64,000 nucleotides of DNA, taken from positions 3,744,001-3,808,000 of the forward strand of contig CBDFJF010000002.1 of NCBI GenBank assembly GCA_965248265.1, written 5' to 3'. Below the pieces are notes generated by a model, which was not told the origin of the DNA, ran no database searches, and was given only the letters and a program-made list of their open reading frames with translations. Positions 48,860-57,923 of the stretch are shown here, in pieces. The number at the start of each line of letters is the position of its first letter. The stretch's first letter is position 1. This DNA comes from Candidatus Latescibacterota bacterium. GTDB taxonomy: Bacteria > Latescibacterota > UBA2968 > UBA8231. The translations under genes and the position numbers were made by a program.

Positions 48860-50058
48860 CACAGCATGATCGAGGCCACGGCTTGCGCCGCGATCCCCTC
48901 CTCTCGCCCAACGAACCCCAGCCCTTCGGTCGTCGTGGCCTTGATGGAGATGTGCTGGGGTGAAATAGCCAGATGACGGGCGAGCGTCGATTCCATGACG
49001 GAAATATGTGGTTGCAGCTTCGGTGTTTGGGCGATGACGACGACGTCTATGTTGACGATGCGTGCTCCCGCCTCGGCCAATCGCGCTCCGACTTGCTCGA
49101 GCAGGAGAAGGCTGGAGATGTCTTTGTAGGCCGGATCAGAGTCTGGAAACAGCCGGCCGATATCGCCCATCCCGGCAGCACCCAAAAGAGCGTCGATCGC
49201 GGCATGAGTGAGGACGTCTGCGTCGGAATGGCCAAGCAGGCCTTTGCTGTGAGGGATTTCCAGACCCGCCAGTATGAGTTTGCGCCCTTCGACCAGTTTG
49301 TGGACATCGTAACCCTGACCCACGCGCAAGGTACCCCCACCCCCCAGGTCTTCCTCTGCCTCGTACTGCCACTGCATCAGTTTCAAATCCTGTTCCGTGG
49401 TAATTTTGACGTTGTCGTATTCGCCTTCAACCAGTCTAACCGGATGGCCGATTCGTTCGACTAGGGTGGACTCATCAGTTGCCTTTATCGATGGCGTGAC
49501 ATCGAAAGCTTGTAAGAGGAGTTCCCTCCTGAACGCTTGTGGAGTCTGGGCTTGCCAGACGGAATCCCGGTCAGGCGTCTCCAGCACCACGCCCTCGCTG
49601 GCGATCTTCACAGTATCCGTGGCCGCCACGGCAGCAACGGCGGCCCCCTCGCTGATTGCAGCATCGATCACCCGATTGGCGAGATCACGCGAGAACCGAG
49701 GTCTTACGCCGTCATGCACGAGAATGATCTCTTCGGCCGGATCGGTCCGCCGTAGCCCTGCCAACACCGAATCCCGGCGTTCTGAACCGCCGAAAACCAT
49801 CCCATCGACCTTTGACAGGCCCCCGTACCCGACGACCGCGTCGTGGAACTCGGAGTCCTGCTCGTGACCGACTACGATTACCCTGGAGATCCTCGAGATT
49901 TCGTTCAGTCGCCGCAGGGTATGCCACAAAACCGGTTTTCCGGACAGCAGGCGAAACTGCTTTGGTGTGTCGCCGGGCATGCGCCGTCCGCGACCCGCCG
50001 CCGCAACGATCGCCACCACGTTGGTATCGCTGGTATCGCTCATAATTCGCTCACTCAT
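48859..50058 (-). CDS. ispDF: Bifunctional IspD/IspF (MEP pathway)
   Basis: [31 protein letters not shown]; then [30 protein letters not shown]; ATGA overlap with the queA stop. Confidence 0.95.
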   Translation of the reverse strand: MSERIMSDTSDTNVVAIVAAAGRGRRMPGDTPKQFRLLSGKPVLWHTLRRLNEISRISRVIVVGHEQDSEFHDAVVGYGGLSKVDGMVFGGSERRDSVLAGLRRTDPAEEIILVHDGVRPRFSRDLANRVIDAAISEGAAVAAVAATDTVKIASEGVVLETPDRDSVWQAQTPQAFRRELLLQAFDVTPSIKATDESTLVERIGHPVRLVEGEYDNVKITTEQDLKLMQWQYEAEEDLGGGGTLRVGQGYDVHKLVEGRKLILAGLEIPHSKGLLGHSDADVLTHAAIDALLGAAGMGDIGRLFPDSDPAYKDISSLLLLEQVGARLAEAGARIVNIDVVVIAQTPKLQPHISVMESTLARHLAISPQHISIKATTTEGLGFVGREEGIAAQAVASIML

Positions 50059-51128
50059 ACGATCAACATGGCGTCGCCGTAGCTGTAAAATCGATACTGC
50101 GCCCTGATAGCCTCGATATACGCCTGTTTGAGCCGTTCGAGTCCGGCAAAGGCCGCCACCAACAACAACAGAGAGGAGCGTGGCAGGTGAAAATTCGTAA
50201 TCAACCCATCCGTTGCACGAAAATCGAAGGGCGGATGAACGAACAGATTGGTCCAACCGGTTGAGGCCTCAAAATCGATCCCATCGACACCCGTGGCTAC
50301 GGTCTCCAGGGTTCGTACGGATGTCGTGCCGACGGGGATGATCCGACCACCGGCTTGCCGACGTCGGTTGAGTTCCGCTGCTGCCGTGTCCTGCACCTCG
50401 TAGAATTCGGCTTCCAGTTCATGCGTGAGTGGATCCCGCGAGCGGATCGGTTCGAAGGTTCCCGGACCGACGTGCAGGAGAATCCGCACGATGCCAACGC
50501 CGAGTGCCTCGATCTCCTGCAGAAGCGCCTGTGTAAAATGCAGGCCCGCCGTGGGAGCGGCGACTGCACCTGCTCGACGGGCATACACGGTCTGATACCG
50601 AATTCGATCCTCGGGTTCCGGCTCACGATCCAGGTAAGGTGGAAGCGGAACTTGCCCGGCACGCTCCACTATTCGGCAGATCTCGTCGTCCTGGCCGATC
50701 CCGTCGCTTGCGGACGGGGTGCTGAACGCCACTTGGACCCTACCTTCTCCCTTGGCCTCCCCGACGACCTCTGCTCGCAACTGGCCGTCAGACATCGATA
50801 TGACCGTACCTGGATGAAGACGCTTGGCGGGGCGGGCCAGGGCCCTCCAGACAACTCCCGGGACCTCTTCTCTGTCAATGAGGAGTAACTCGACGCGACC
50901 CCCGGTTTCCTTTTTGTTACCTGATAATCGAGCCGGCAAGACCTTGGTCTCATTGATGACGAGTGCATCATCCGGACGCAGATACTCGATGATATCGGAA
51001 AAAAGCCGGTGCTGCAATTGTTCGCGCTTGCGATCCAGAACGAGCAGCCGAGACTGATCACGTTGAGCGGTGGGGTATCGAGCGATGCTCCCGGCGGGCA
51101 GGTCGAACTCGAGATCTGCGAGTTTCAT
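50055..51128 (-). CDS. queA: SAM:tRNA ribosyltransferase-isomerase
   Basis: [55 protein letters not shown]. Confidence 0.97.
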   Translation of the reverse strand: MKLADLEFDLPAGSIARYPTAQRDQSRLLVLDRKREQLQHRLFSDIIEYLRPDDALVINETKVLPARLSGNKKETGGRVELLLIDREEVPGVVWRALARPAKRLHPGTVISMSDGQLRAEVVGEAKGEGRVQVAFSTPSASDGIGQDDEICRIVERAGQVPLPPYLDREPEPEDRIRYQTVYARRAGAVAAPTAGLHFTQALLQEIEALGVGIVRILLHVGPGTFEPIRSRDPLTHELEAEFYEVQDTAAAELNRRRQAGGRIIPVGTTSVRTLETVATGVDGIDFEASTGWTNLFVHPPFDFRATDGLITNFHLPRSSLLLLVAAFAGLERLKQAYIEAIRAQYRFYSYGDAMLIV

Positions 51129-51247
51129 CGTCGTTCCCAGGCAGAGTCAGGGCACTCGGCGTGAAACAGCGACCGAACTCCGGATTTTGAAGCTATCTCG
51201 AGCACCAGAGACCGTCAAGCGCTATGCATGAGTGCGGGAAGAAGAAT

Positions 51248-51292
51248 AAAAAAGAAGCTGTCCCCGGATCGAGCCGGGAGACAGCCTTTTTT
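51248..51292. terminator. Bidirectional-type intrinsic terminator ending the flagellin trailer
   Basis: A6...gctgtccccgg-atcgag-ccgggagacagc...T6. Confidence 0.8.
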
Positions 51293-51549
51293 ACGCTTCC
51301 AAAAGGCACTAGCGCCTCAGGAGCCCTCGGGCTCCTGAGGTCTTCGCGCTAGTTCACCGTCGTCTGGCGCTTCGGGACCCCTTATCGGGAGGGGCATGAG
51401 TCCCGACTGCTGCATCGATACGCCCTGTTCCGTGGTCCTTCCCTGGACCTTTCGAGCCTTATGGTATGTGTCGAGGCTCCCATCCCTGGGAATAATTTTC
51501 ACCGGCGCATTACCACGCGGAGCGCCAGGCGCTCCGTCCTTGACGGCTG
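51293..51549 (-). ncRNA. Candidate structured RNA with multiple GGA hairpins (CsrB/RsmY-like) in the flagellin 3' trailer
   Basis: ccgtcAAGGAcgg, tcccAGGGATggga, ggtccAGGGAAggacc, ACGGAA and further long stems before the terminator. Confidence 0.45.
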
Positions 51550-52719
51550 CTACAGCAGTGAGAGTGCCTGCACCGACGTCACATTCGCCTGTACAAGCAT
51601 GGCATTGCCCGCTGAGAGAAGCAGTTGCGAGCGGGTAAATTCCGTCACCTCCTTGGCAACATCGGCATCCCGAATGGAGGCATCGGCGGCTGTCGTGCTT
51701 TCGATCTCGTTTTCTGTGAAGCCGATCGAAAAGGCGAGCCGGTTCTGGACCGCACCGATCTTGCCCCGTTCGGAGGCGACGGTTTCGATCGCACGGTCAA
51801 TGCTGACCATCGCCGATCGCGCTCCGCTGATATTGTTGACCGAGAGCTGGCCGAGGTTCAGCGTAGTTCCTGATGCTCTCAAATCCGGGATCCCCACCTC
51901 CAATCGATCGACAACACTGGCAGTGGGTCCGATTTGAAAGACCCCACCCGTCTGCTGTTCCACTATCAGGGAGGTGCCATTCAGATCGCCATCGGTGTAG
52001 GATCCGGTCGTACCTGGGGTGTTGGCTCCGGCCAGAGATACCTGCACGCCCAGGCGATCGAAATTCGCAATCGTCTTCGTCCCCGAGGCCACTACACCGC
52101 CATCAAGCTGTATGCCGGTGTTGAGGGTCTGAGTGACCAGCCCGTTGCCAAGCGTCAAGCTTCCATCGGCGCCGTTGTCAACAAAGGTGTAGGTTCCCGC
52201 GGCCGCAGCCGATATAGCGATACGGGTAACCCCGGTCGCATTACTCGTGGTGATCGCGGTCGAGCTATCGTTCACCCGATTCCCGAAACCAGTCAGCAAG
52301 CTCTGTTCATTATATATGGTCGCCTGATATATGGTCGCCTGGCCAATGCGATCGACCTCGGCAATCAGCTGATTGAACTCGGCGGCGACAGAATCACGGT
52401 TTCGATCGTTGAGGGTACTCGTCGCTGATTGAATCGAGAGTTCCTTCATGCGCACGAGTATGTTATTCACTTCCTGTAAGGAACCTTCCGCCACCTGCAA
52501 CATGTCCGTACTCTGCTGTGCGTTTCGAACATCCTGCCCCAGACGCGCAGCCAAACTGCGCAACCCCTCGGACACGACGAGCCCTGAAGCGTCATCTGAG
52601 GCTCTGTTCACCCGCAGTCCTGAGGACAAACGCTCGAGCTGCCGGTGCACACCGACCACGTTGCGGCCGATGGAGCGCTGAGTGTTCATCGCAGCTATGT
52701 TGTTGTTTATTCTAAGCAT
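51550..52719 (-). CDS. fliC: Flagellin (A)
   Basis: MLRINNNIAAMN, ERLSSGLRVNRASDDASGL, RMKELSIQS, RGKIGAVQNRL, SIRDADVAKE. Confidence 0.95.
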   Translation of the reverse strand: MLRINNNIAAMNTQRSIGRNVVGVHRQLERLSSGLRVNRASDDASGLVVSEGLRSLAARLGQDVRNAQQSTDMLQVAEGSLQEVNNILVRMKELSIQSATSTLNDRNRDSVAAEFNQLIAEVDRIGQATIYQATIYNEQSLLTGFGNRVNDSSTAITTSNATGVTRIAISAAAAGTYTFVDNGADGSLTLGNGLVTQTLNTGIQLDGGVVASGTKTIANFDRLGVQVSLAGANTPGTTGSYTDGDLNGTSLIVEQQTGGVFQIGPTASVVDRLEVGIPDLRASGTTLNLGQLSVNNISGARSAMVSIDRAIETVASERGKIGAVQNRLAFSIGFTENEIESTTAADASIRDADVAKEVTEFTRSQLLLSAGNAMLVQANVTSVQALSLL

Positions 52720-52873
52720 GCCTCCATGCCTCTCTTTGCGTATGAAATCCTTTTCATCCGTCTTGGGGGTGGATCAATTTTCGCAGTTGTTAAATGCTCT
52801 GGTCCTCCTAAATTCCAATGTTTTTGCCTAAAAGACCGTCCTGAGTGGTCAGTGCGGTCTGCGGCTGTTCAGT

Positions 52874-52901
52874 TTATCGGCGCCGCCTCACGCCTACTTT
52901 A
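52874..52901 (-). promoter_or_regulatory. Sigma28 (FliA/SigD) promoter of flagellin A
   Basis: TAAA-N16-GCCGATAA. Confidence 0.8.
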
Positions 52902-52963
52902 ACGCCCTACCGCCCTCTTTTTATCTTTTTGTGAAAAAATCAAGGTAATTAGCATGAAAAACC

Positions 52964-52990
52964 TGAAGCTCTCCTACTTCATGTCGATAT
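52964..52990 (+). promoter_or_regulatory. Weaker sigma28-like promoter of flagellin B
   Basis: TGAA-N15-GTCGATAT. Confidence 0.55.
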
Positions 52991-53062
52991 CTACTATGTG
53001 ATACCAAGTATGGGCATGTAATATCTCAATGCCGCAATACCCGAACAAGGAGGTTCTGGGAG

Positions 53063-54229
53063 ATGCCAGTCAGCGTAATCAACAACAACATTGCTTATCA
53101 ACGTGCCATGACGGATTTGTCGCGCGCCGATCGCCAGGGGGGCGTTCATCGCGAGCGCCTTTCCTCTGGAGCCCGCCTTAATAGTGGCCGTGACGGCGCC
53201 GGCCATCTTGCCGTGTCTGAAGGCATGCGCGGCGAAATCGGTGGTCTGACCGCCGGAGCGCGCAATGCCGAAAAGGCCATAGACCAGATCCGCACTGCCG
53301 AGGGTGCGGTAGGTGAGGTAAACAGCATCCTGATCCGGATGCGCGAACTGGCGACACAGGCTTCGAGTGGAACCCTCAACGACAGCAACCGGGAGGCCCT
53401 CGACTCCGAATTCAACCAGTTGAAGGAGTATATCGATCGGATCGCCAAACTCGCATCCTACAACAACCAGAGCCTGCTCTCCGGTTTCGGGAACGAGATA
53501 GACGAGCAGCTCTCGACGCTCGTTGCCGATAGCGCCGATGCGGGGATCCGTCGAATCGTCCTCTCCGGAGCCTCGGTTGGCAGCTACACCTTCTCTGATC
53601 AGCAGGGCGACAACACGATCACCCTCGGCGATGGTACCACAACGCAAACCGTCGACCTGGGCACACGTCTGCAGGATGGCTCAGTGTCGGAGGGAACGAC
53701 GGTGGTGGCCGACTTCGACCGTTTGGGTGTGAAAGTAATACTGGCTGGAAACGACGTGGAGGGCGCCGACGGTGTGTACGATGATGGCGACCTGGACGGC
53801 AAAACCCTGATCATCGAGTCCGGTACCGGGGGTACCTTTCAGTTGGGTAGCGACGGCAAGGGTGCAGATCGCCTCGAGTATGACATCGATGACCTGAGTG
53901 TAGACAGTCCGCTGTTGAACATCGGCAATCTCAGCGTAGCCACGCAGAGTGGATCGCGCTCGGCGCTGGGAAAGATCGACGCGGTCATCGATCGCGTCTC
54001 CGGCGTGCGTGGCACCTTGGGGGCGATCCAGAACAGGCTCGAGCACACCATCAATTTCACGGAGAGCGCCATCGAAGGAGTCGTCACCTCGGAGTCAACG
54101 ATTCGAGACGCCGATTTCGCTCTTGAATCGTCCCAGCTGGCGCGTTCGCAAATCCTGCGTGATTTCAGCGTCGCGGGAATGCTGCAGTCGGCAGTCTCCG
54201 TGGACATCGTGATGTCGCTGCTGTCTTAA
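53063..54229 (+). CDS. fliC: Flagellin (B), paralog with divergent terminal regions
   Basis: INNNIA, ERLSSGARLN, AEGAVGEVNSILIRMRELATQ, RGTLGAIQNRLE, TIRDADFA. Confidence 0.92.
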   Translation: MPVSVINNNIAYQRAMTDLSRADRQGGVHRERLSSGARLNSGRDGAGHLAVSEGMRGEIGGLTAGARNAEKAIDQIRTAEGAVGEVNSILIRMRELATQASSGTLNDSNREALDSEFNQLKEYIDRIAKLASYNNQSLLSGFGNEIDEQLSTLVADSADAGIRRIVLSGASVGSYTFSDQQGDNTITLGDGTTTQTVDLGTRLQDGSVSEGTTVVADFDRLGVKVILAGNDVEGADGVYDDGDLDGKTLIIESGTGGTFQLGSDGKGADRLEYDIDDLSVDSPLLNIGNLSVATQSGSRSALGKIDAVIDRVSGVRGTLGAIQNRLEHTINFTESAIEGVVTSESTIRDADFALESSQLARSQILRDFSVAGMLQSAVSVDIVMSLLS

Positions 54230-54288
54230 GGGGTCAACCACTGGGGATGGGGCGAGAATGTTTCCGTCGGTGTAAGTAAGATTGCCAA

Positions 54289-56073
54289 TCAGAGAACTCG
54301 GTAGATGCTGATCCTTCCACCGCGTGAAGGACCTGCAGTCTCGCCTGCATGCTGTTGCGAGGCGTTAACCGGGAACTGGGCCATCAGCTTCAAGCCACCA
54401 TCCGGCGCCAGCAAGCTCTCGAAATAGGAACGGTTGGCGACGTAACGGTAGTGAGCAGCTGTATTCGCTGCTGGCTCTGCAACACCCATGTAGCGCTCGT
54501 AAACAGCTTCAGGTAGCACGACCCATTGAACTCCGGCTTCCTTCAGCTTGCTGATGCTGCGCCAGCCACGGCTGAATACCCGACGAGTCTCAGGGTCGTT
54601 GAGGTCGACATATTCGCGGTAAGATTGAGGCACGACTGGCTGCTTCAGCCAGGCTTCCAGATTCACGAAGCGGTAGGCCGGACGTGACTGCCATTGCCCC
54701 TCCAGAGCACGGCGCATCTCTCGATGATCCCCTACATAGCGCTCAATGCTTTTGCGGGACGAAATCATGTCCAGGCGTGGACAATAGGGCAACCAGGTCA
54801 TGGCAACCTTGGAGCCGGCGGGCACATTGGCTTCAATCCACTGTCCTGCAAGAGACCGTGTATCAGGTAATGTCAGCAGTTTGGCTGCCTCGATCACCCG
54901 TACCCCGTTAATCATCAGGACACTCACCACGACGATGATCGGTACCGCTCGCACGAACGGGCCACGTTCCTTCCTGCCCTCGACGGCTTCCACAGAACGG
55001 CCATAATCCTCCCCTAACTCCAGCACCAGGCGAGACGCTAACAGTGCCAGTGCTGGATGGAATTGAAGGAGATAGTGAAGACTCTCCCGCGTCCAGGTTC
55101 CGATGTAGAGAAAGCTCGGCAACCACCCCGCAATTACTATCCAGTCAATCGGCCGCCGCCTGACGGCCGCCAGCACCAGCCCCCCCAACATCAGTACCCC
55201 CAGTGCGTACTCTTCGGAGATGTAGGCAGTCGGAATCCAGAGCCAGGGATCCGTCTTTGACATCGAAAAAGCCAGGCTTGAGGTCTGGTAGCTGACCAGC
55301 AATAGGTACTGCTTCCAGGCCAGGATCAAGTAAGGAGTACCGGCGATGAGGGCGACCACCGACAACATCGTGGCCATCCACAGTTTGCCGTCGAGGAGCG
55401 CTCTGGCCACTCCCCGTATTCGGTTTGCGCGAGCGATTCTCAACAGGTGTGCGGCTACCAGGCCGAAGCTGACAAAGGCGCCATTGTATTTCGTCGATAT
55501 CATCAAACCGGCACAGATTCCGGCGAGCGCGTAGTGACCCCATGACCCAGAGCGGTAGAGCTTCCACGAATAGTAGATGCACAACGTGGCAAAAAGGGCC
55601 ATCACTGAGTCCGGAAGTCCCCTATGCGCCTGTTGGATCGCGGTTGACGATACCGCGAAAAAAGCGGCGGCGACGATGCCACAGCGGCGACCGAAGCTCT
55701 CGGAGCCAAGACGATAGACGACAACGGCCGTCAGGGTACTCGCCACCGCACTCAACAACCGCCCCAGCAGGACAGCCCAGCCCGGGTCAACGAAAGACAG
55801 CAGGATCAGTGCGTCAGTGGTATCATCGAGTTTCCCCGCCCCGAAAAACGACGACAACCAGACGATGGCGGCTACCAAATAGGAATACAGGTCGGGGTAG
55901 GTGAACTCCGTCGGACGGAGGGTACCGGAACGAAAGAAGTTCCAGATGCTTGCCGCCACCCCCACCTCATCCACGTGGCCGTACAGATCAGGGTACCCTT
56001 GTTGCAGGCCCCACACACGGACCACCAGGGCGACGGCCAGGATGCTTGCCAGGACGATGTAGACCATCCGCAT
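54289..56073 (-). CDS. GT-C fold membrane glycosyltransferase (PMT/ArnT-like, GT39/83)
   Basis: R.WGL..G.P...HVDE after TM1, multiple TMs, ISTKYNG, DTRSLAGQWIEANVPAGSK periplasmic tail; start at ATG 56073. Confidence 0.82.
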   Translation of the reverse strand: MRMVYIVLASILAVALVVRVWGLQQGYPDLYGHVDEVGVAASIWNFFRSGTLRPTEFTYPDLYSYLVAAIVWLSSFFGAGKLDDTTDALILLSFVDPGWAVLLGRLLSAVASTLTAVVVYRLGSESFGRRCGIVAAAFFAVSSTAIQQAHRGLPDSVMALFATLCIYYSWKLYRSGSWGHYALAGICAGLMISTKYNGAFVSFGLVAAHLLRIARANRIRGVARALLDGKLWMATMLSVVALIAGTPYLILAWKQYLLLVSYQTSSLAFSMSKTDPWLWIPTAYISEEYALGVLMLGGLVLAAVRRRPIDWIVIAGWLPSFLYIGTWTRESLHYLLQFHPALALLASRLVLELGEDYGRSVEAVEGRKERGPFVRAVPIIVVVSVLMINGVRVIEAAKLLTLPDTRSLAGQWIEANVPAGSKVAMTWLPYCPRLDMISSRKSIERYVGDHREMRRALEGQWQSRPAYRFVNLEAWLKQPVVPQSYREYVDLNDPETRRVFSRGWRSISKLKEAGVQWVVLPEAVYERYMGVAEPAANTAAHYRYVANRSYFESLLAPDGGLKLMAQFPVNASQQHAGETAGPSRGGRISIYRVL

Positions 56074-56078
56074 ACTGC

Positions 56079-56789
56079 TCACCTTACCCTTGTCGAACAG
56101 GCATGACGGAATATCGTCCACAGGATCTTGTGACCGGCGCGCACCGTTCCGATCAAGGTTCCACTGATTTTGGACTTGCCGATGCGCTTGCGATAGCACA
56201 CCGGCACCTCGGCGATGCGCAGCCCCTGCCGGGCGGCCTTCACCTGCATCTCGACAGTCCACCCGAAGTCGGTATCGGCCATCTGAAGCTGCAGCAGGCT
56301 GGCGTAGCGGATTGCCCGGAAGGGCCCCAAATCGGTGTAGCGCACACCGTATAACAGTTGTATCAAGGTGGTCGCAAGGGCATTGCCGGCGCGAGCCTGT
56401 GGCAACAAGGCACCGGATTCTCGCTCACCCAGCACACGGGAACCGATCACGAGATCGGCCGTTTGCTGCCTGATTGGCGCGATCAGCGTCGCTGCCTCTT
56501 CCGGATAGTCGCTGTAGTCACCATCCAGGAAAAGGACGACGTCAGGATCATCCAATGCTGCCAACCCGGCGAGGCATGCCTGGCCATATCCGCGGCGAGG
56601 CTCCAGCACAACACGGGCTCCCATCTGGGCTGCTCTGGAAGGCGTGCGGTCAGTGGATCCGTTGTCGACGACGACGATATCATAAACGACACCGTCCTTC
56701 TCTTGCCCGGGTTTGGGCAAGTCTCCCAGGACACGGACGATCGCATCCTCTTCGTCGAGTGCTGGGATGATGACGGAAACGGACAGCAC
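56079..56789 (-). CDS. GT2 polyprenol-phosphate glycosyltransferase (DPM1-like)
   Basis: VIIPALDEE, VVDNGSTD, RGYGQAC, FLDGDYSD, GSRVLG, TDLGPFRAI. Confidence 0.9.
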   Translation of the reverse strand: MLSVSVIIPALDEEDAIVRVLGDLPKPGQEKDGVVYDIVVVDNGSTDRTPSRAAQMGARVVLEPRRGYGQACLAGLAALDDPDVVLFLDGDYSDYPEEAATLIAPIRQQTADLVIGSRVLGERESGALLPQARAGNALATTLIQLLYGVRYTDLGPFRAIRYASLLQLQMADTDFGWTVEMQVKAARQGLRIAEVPVCYRKRIGKSKISGTLIGTVRAGHKILWTIFRHACSTRVR

Positions 56790-56898
56790 CGGGTATGTAC
56801 GGAGGTCAGCTCGTGAAAACCACGGGCCCTAAGAGAGCGTCAACGAAAATGTAGCATCCGGCAACCAGCCAGAAGCCCGTACCCTGCGAAGAAAAATA

Positions 56899-57744
56899 CT
56901 AGAGGTGGTCTTGCAACCACGACAACACAGCCTCAAAAACAACCGGATCCTGCAGGAGTAGTGACCCGTGAAGATCGTTGGGCCGGCTGTCGAATTGCTT
57001 GGGTTCCTGGGTGTTTTCATGCAGAGAGGCGGCGATGTCGCTCGCCGAGGAAACTTGCGTCTGGTTGATTTGAATAAAATCACTCTGGCTGGCGATGAAG
57101 AGCATGGAATGCGGCTCGAATGAGGTCATCCCTGTACCGATCCCGAGGGGCTCACCGGTGCCCACATTGTAGACGCCTGGTGACAGAGCAATGCCAACCT
57201 GGAGTTCATCGGGCCAAGCCCCCATACTCACGTAGGCAGCATTGGCACCCATGCCGGAACCCATGATGCCGATGCGTGCTCGATCGGCCGAAGGTTGCGT
57301 TGCCAGCCAGTTCAACGCCGCCCTTACCTCGAGATGGAGATTATCGATATCAACGGTGCTCAAGTCCTGACTGGGCCGTCCGTCGTCTGGAAACGGAGTC
57401 AAACCATGACCGCGCAAATCAATAATGAGAACCTGATATCCCTCTTCCAACAAACGTCCCATCATCTCCAGGCCAAGCCCCGACACTTCCCACTCGCGTC
57501 CATTGAGAAATATGTCGTGGAGCAGGATGACGACTGGGCTGGCTCCGGGAGTCGTGTTCTGTCCGAAGCGCGCGCTGACAGGCACGCCGTCGGTGGTCGT
57601 GAAGAAGACGGTCTGGACAGAGAACACCCTTCCCGGACCGGTTGGAAAATCCGGAGCCAGGAAATTGGCGTCGTCGTTGTCACTGCAGCTGGCGAGGAGG
57701 ATAGACAGGACTAACAGCGCGGATGTTCGAATATACCTGAGCAT
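56899..57744 (-). CDS. Alpha/beta-hydrolase-fold lipoprotein with atypical nucleophile elbow
   Basis: Lipobox LLAS-C; TTDG, VILLH, IDLRGHG, RIGIMGSGMGAN, ALSPG, C-terminal LHG. Confidence 0.78.
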   Translation of the reverse strand: MLRYIRTSALLVLSILLASCSDNDDANFLAPDFPTGPGRVFSVQTVFFTTTDGVPVSARFGQNTTPGASPVVILLHDIFLNGREWEVSGLGLEMMGRLLEEGYQVLIIDLRGHGLTPFPDDGRPSQDLSTVDIDNLHLEVRAALNWLATQPSADRARIGIMGSGMGANAAYVSMGAWPDELQVGIALSPGVYNVGTGEPLGIGTGMTSFEPHSMLFIASQSDFIQINQTQVSSASDIAASLHENTQEPKQFDSRPNDLHGSLLLQDPVVFEAVLSWLQDHL

Positions 57745-57923
57745 GGGTGTTGTTAGGGGTTGTTTTTGTTGTTTTTGGGGTGTCGCCGCACTCAGAGGAA
57801 GCTAATCAGAAATACATAACATGGCAATATAGAGCCATCGAGTTCCCTTGACGGCGGACAGGGTGGCGTTACCGTAACAACACCCGCTCCGAATAGCCGT
57901 TTTCAGTCGACCGACGATCGCCG

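Noticed and set aside
52720-53062. Invertible promoter switch (Hin-type phase variation) between the flagellins
   Set aside because: No flanking inverted recombination sites or invertase seen, and each gene has its own sigma28-like promoter.
57745-57923. Vitamin riboswitch upstream of the ECF ATPase
   Set aside because: Only one small hairpin; no TPP, cobalamin, FMN or SAM consensus recognisable, and the leader is short.
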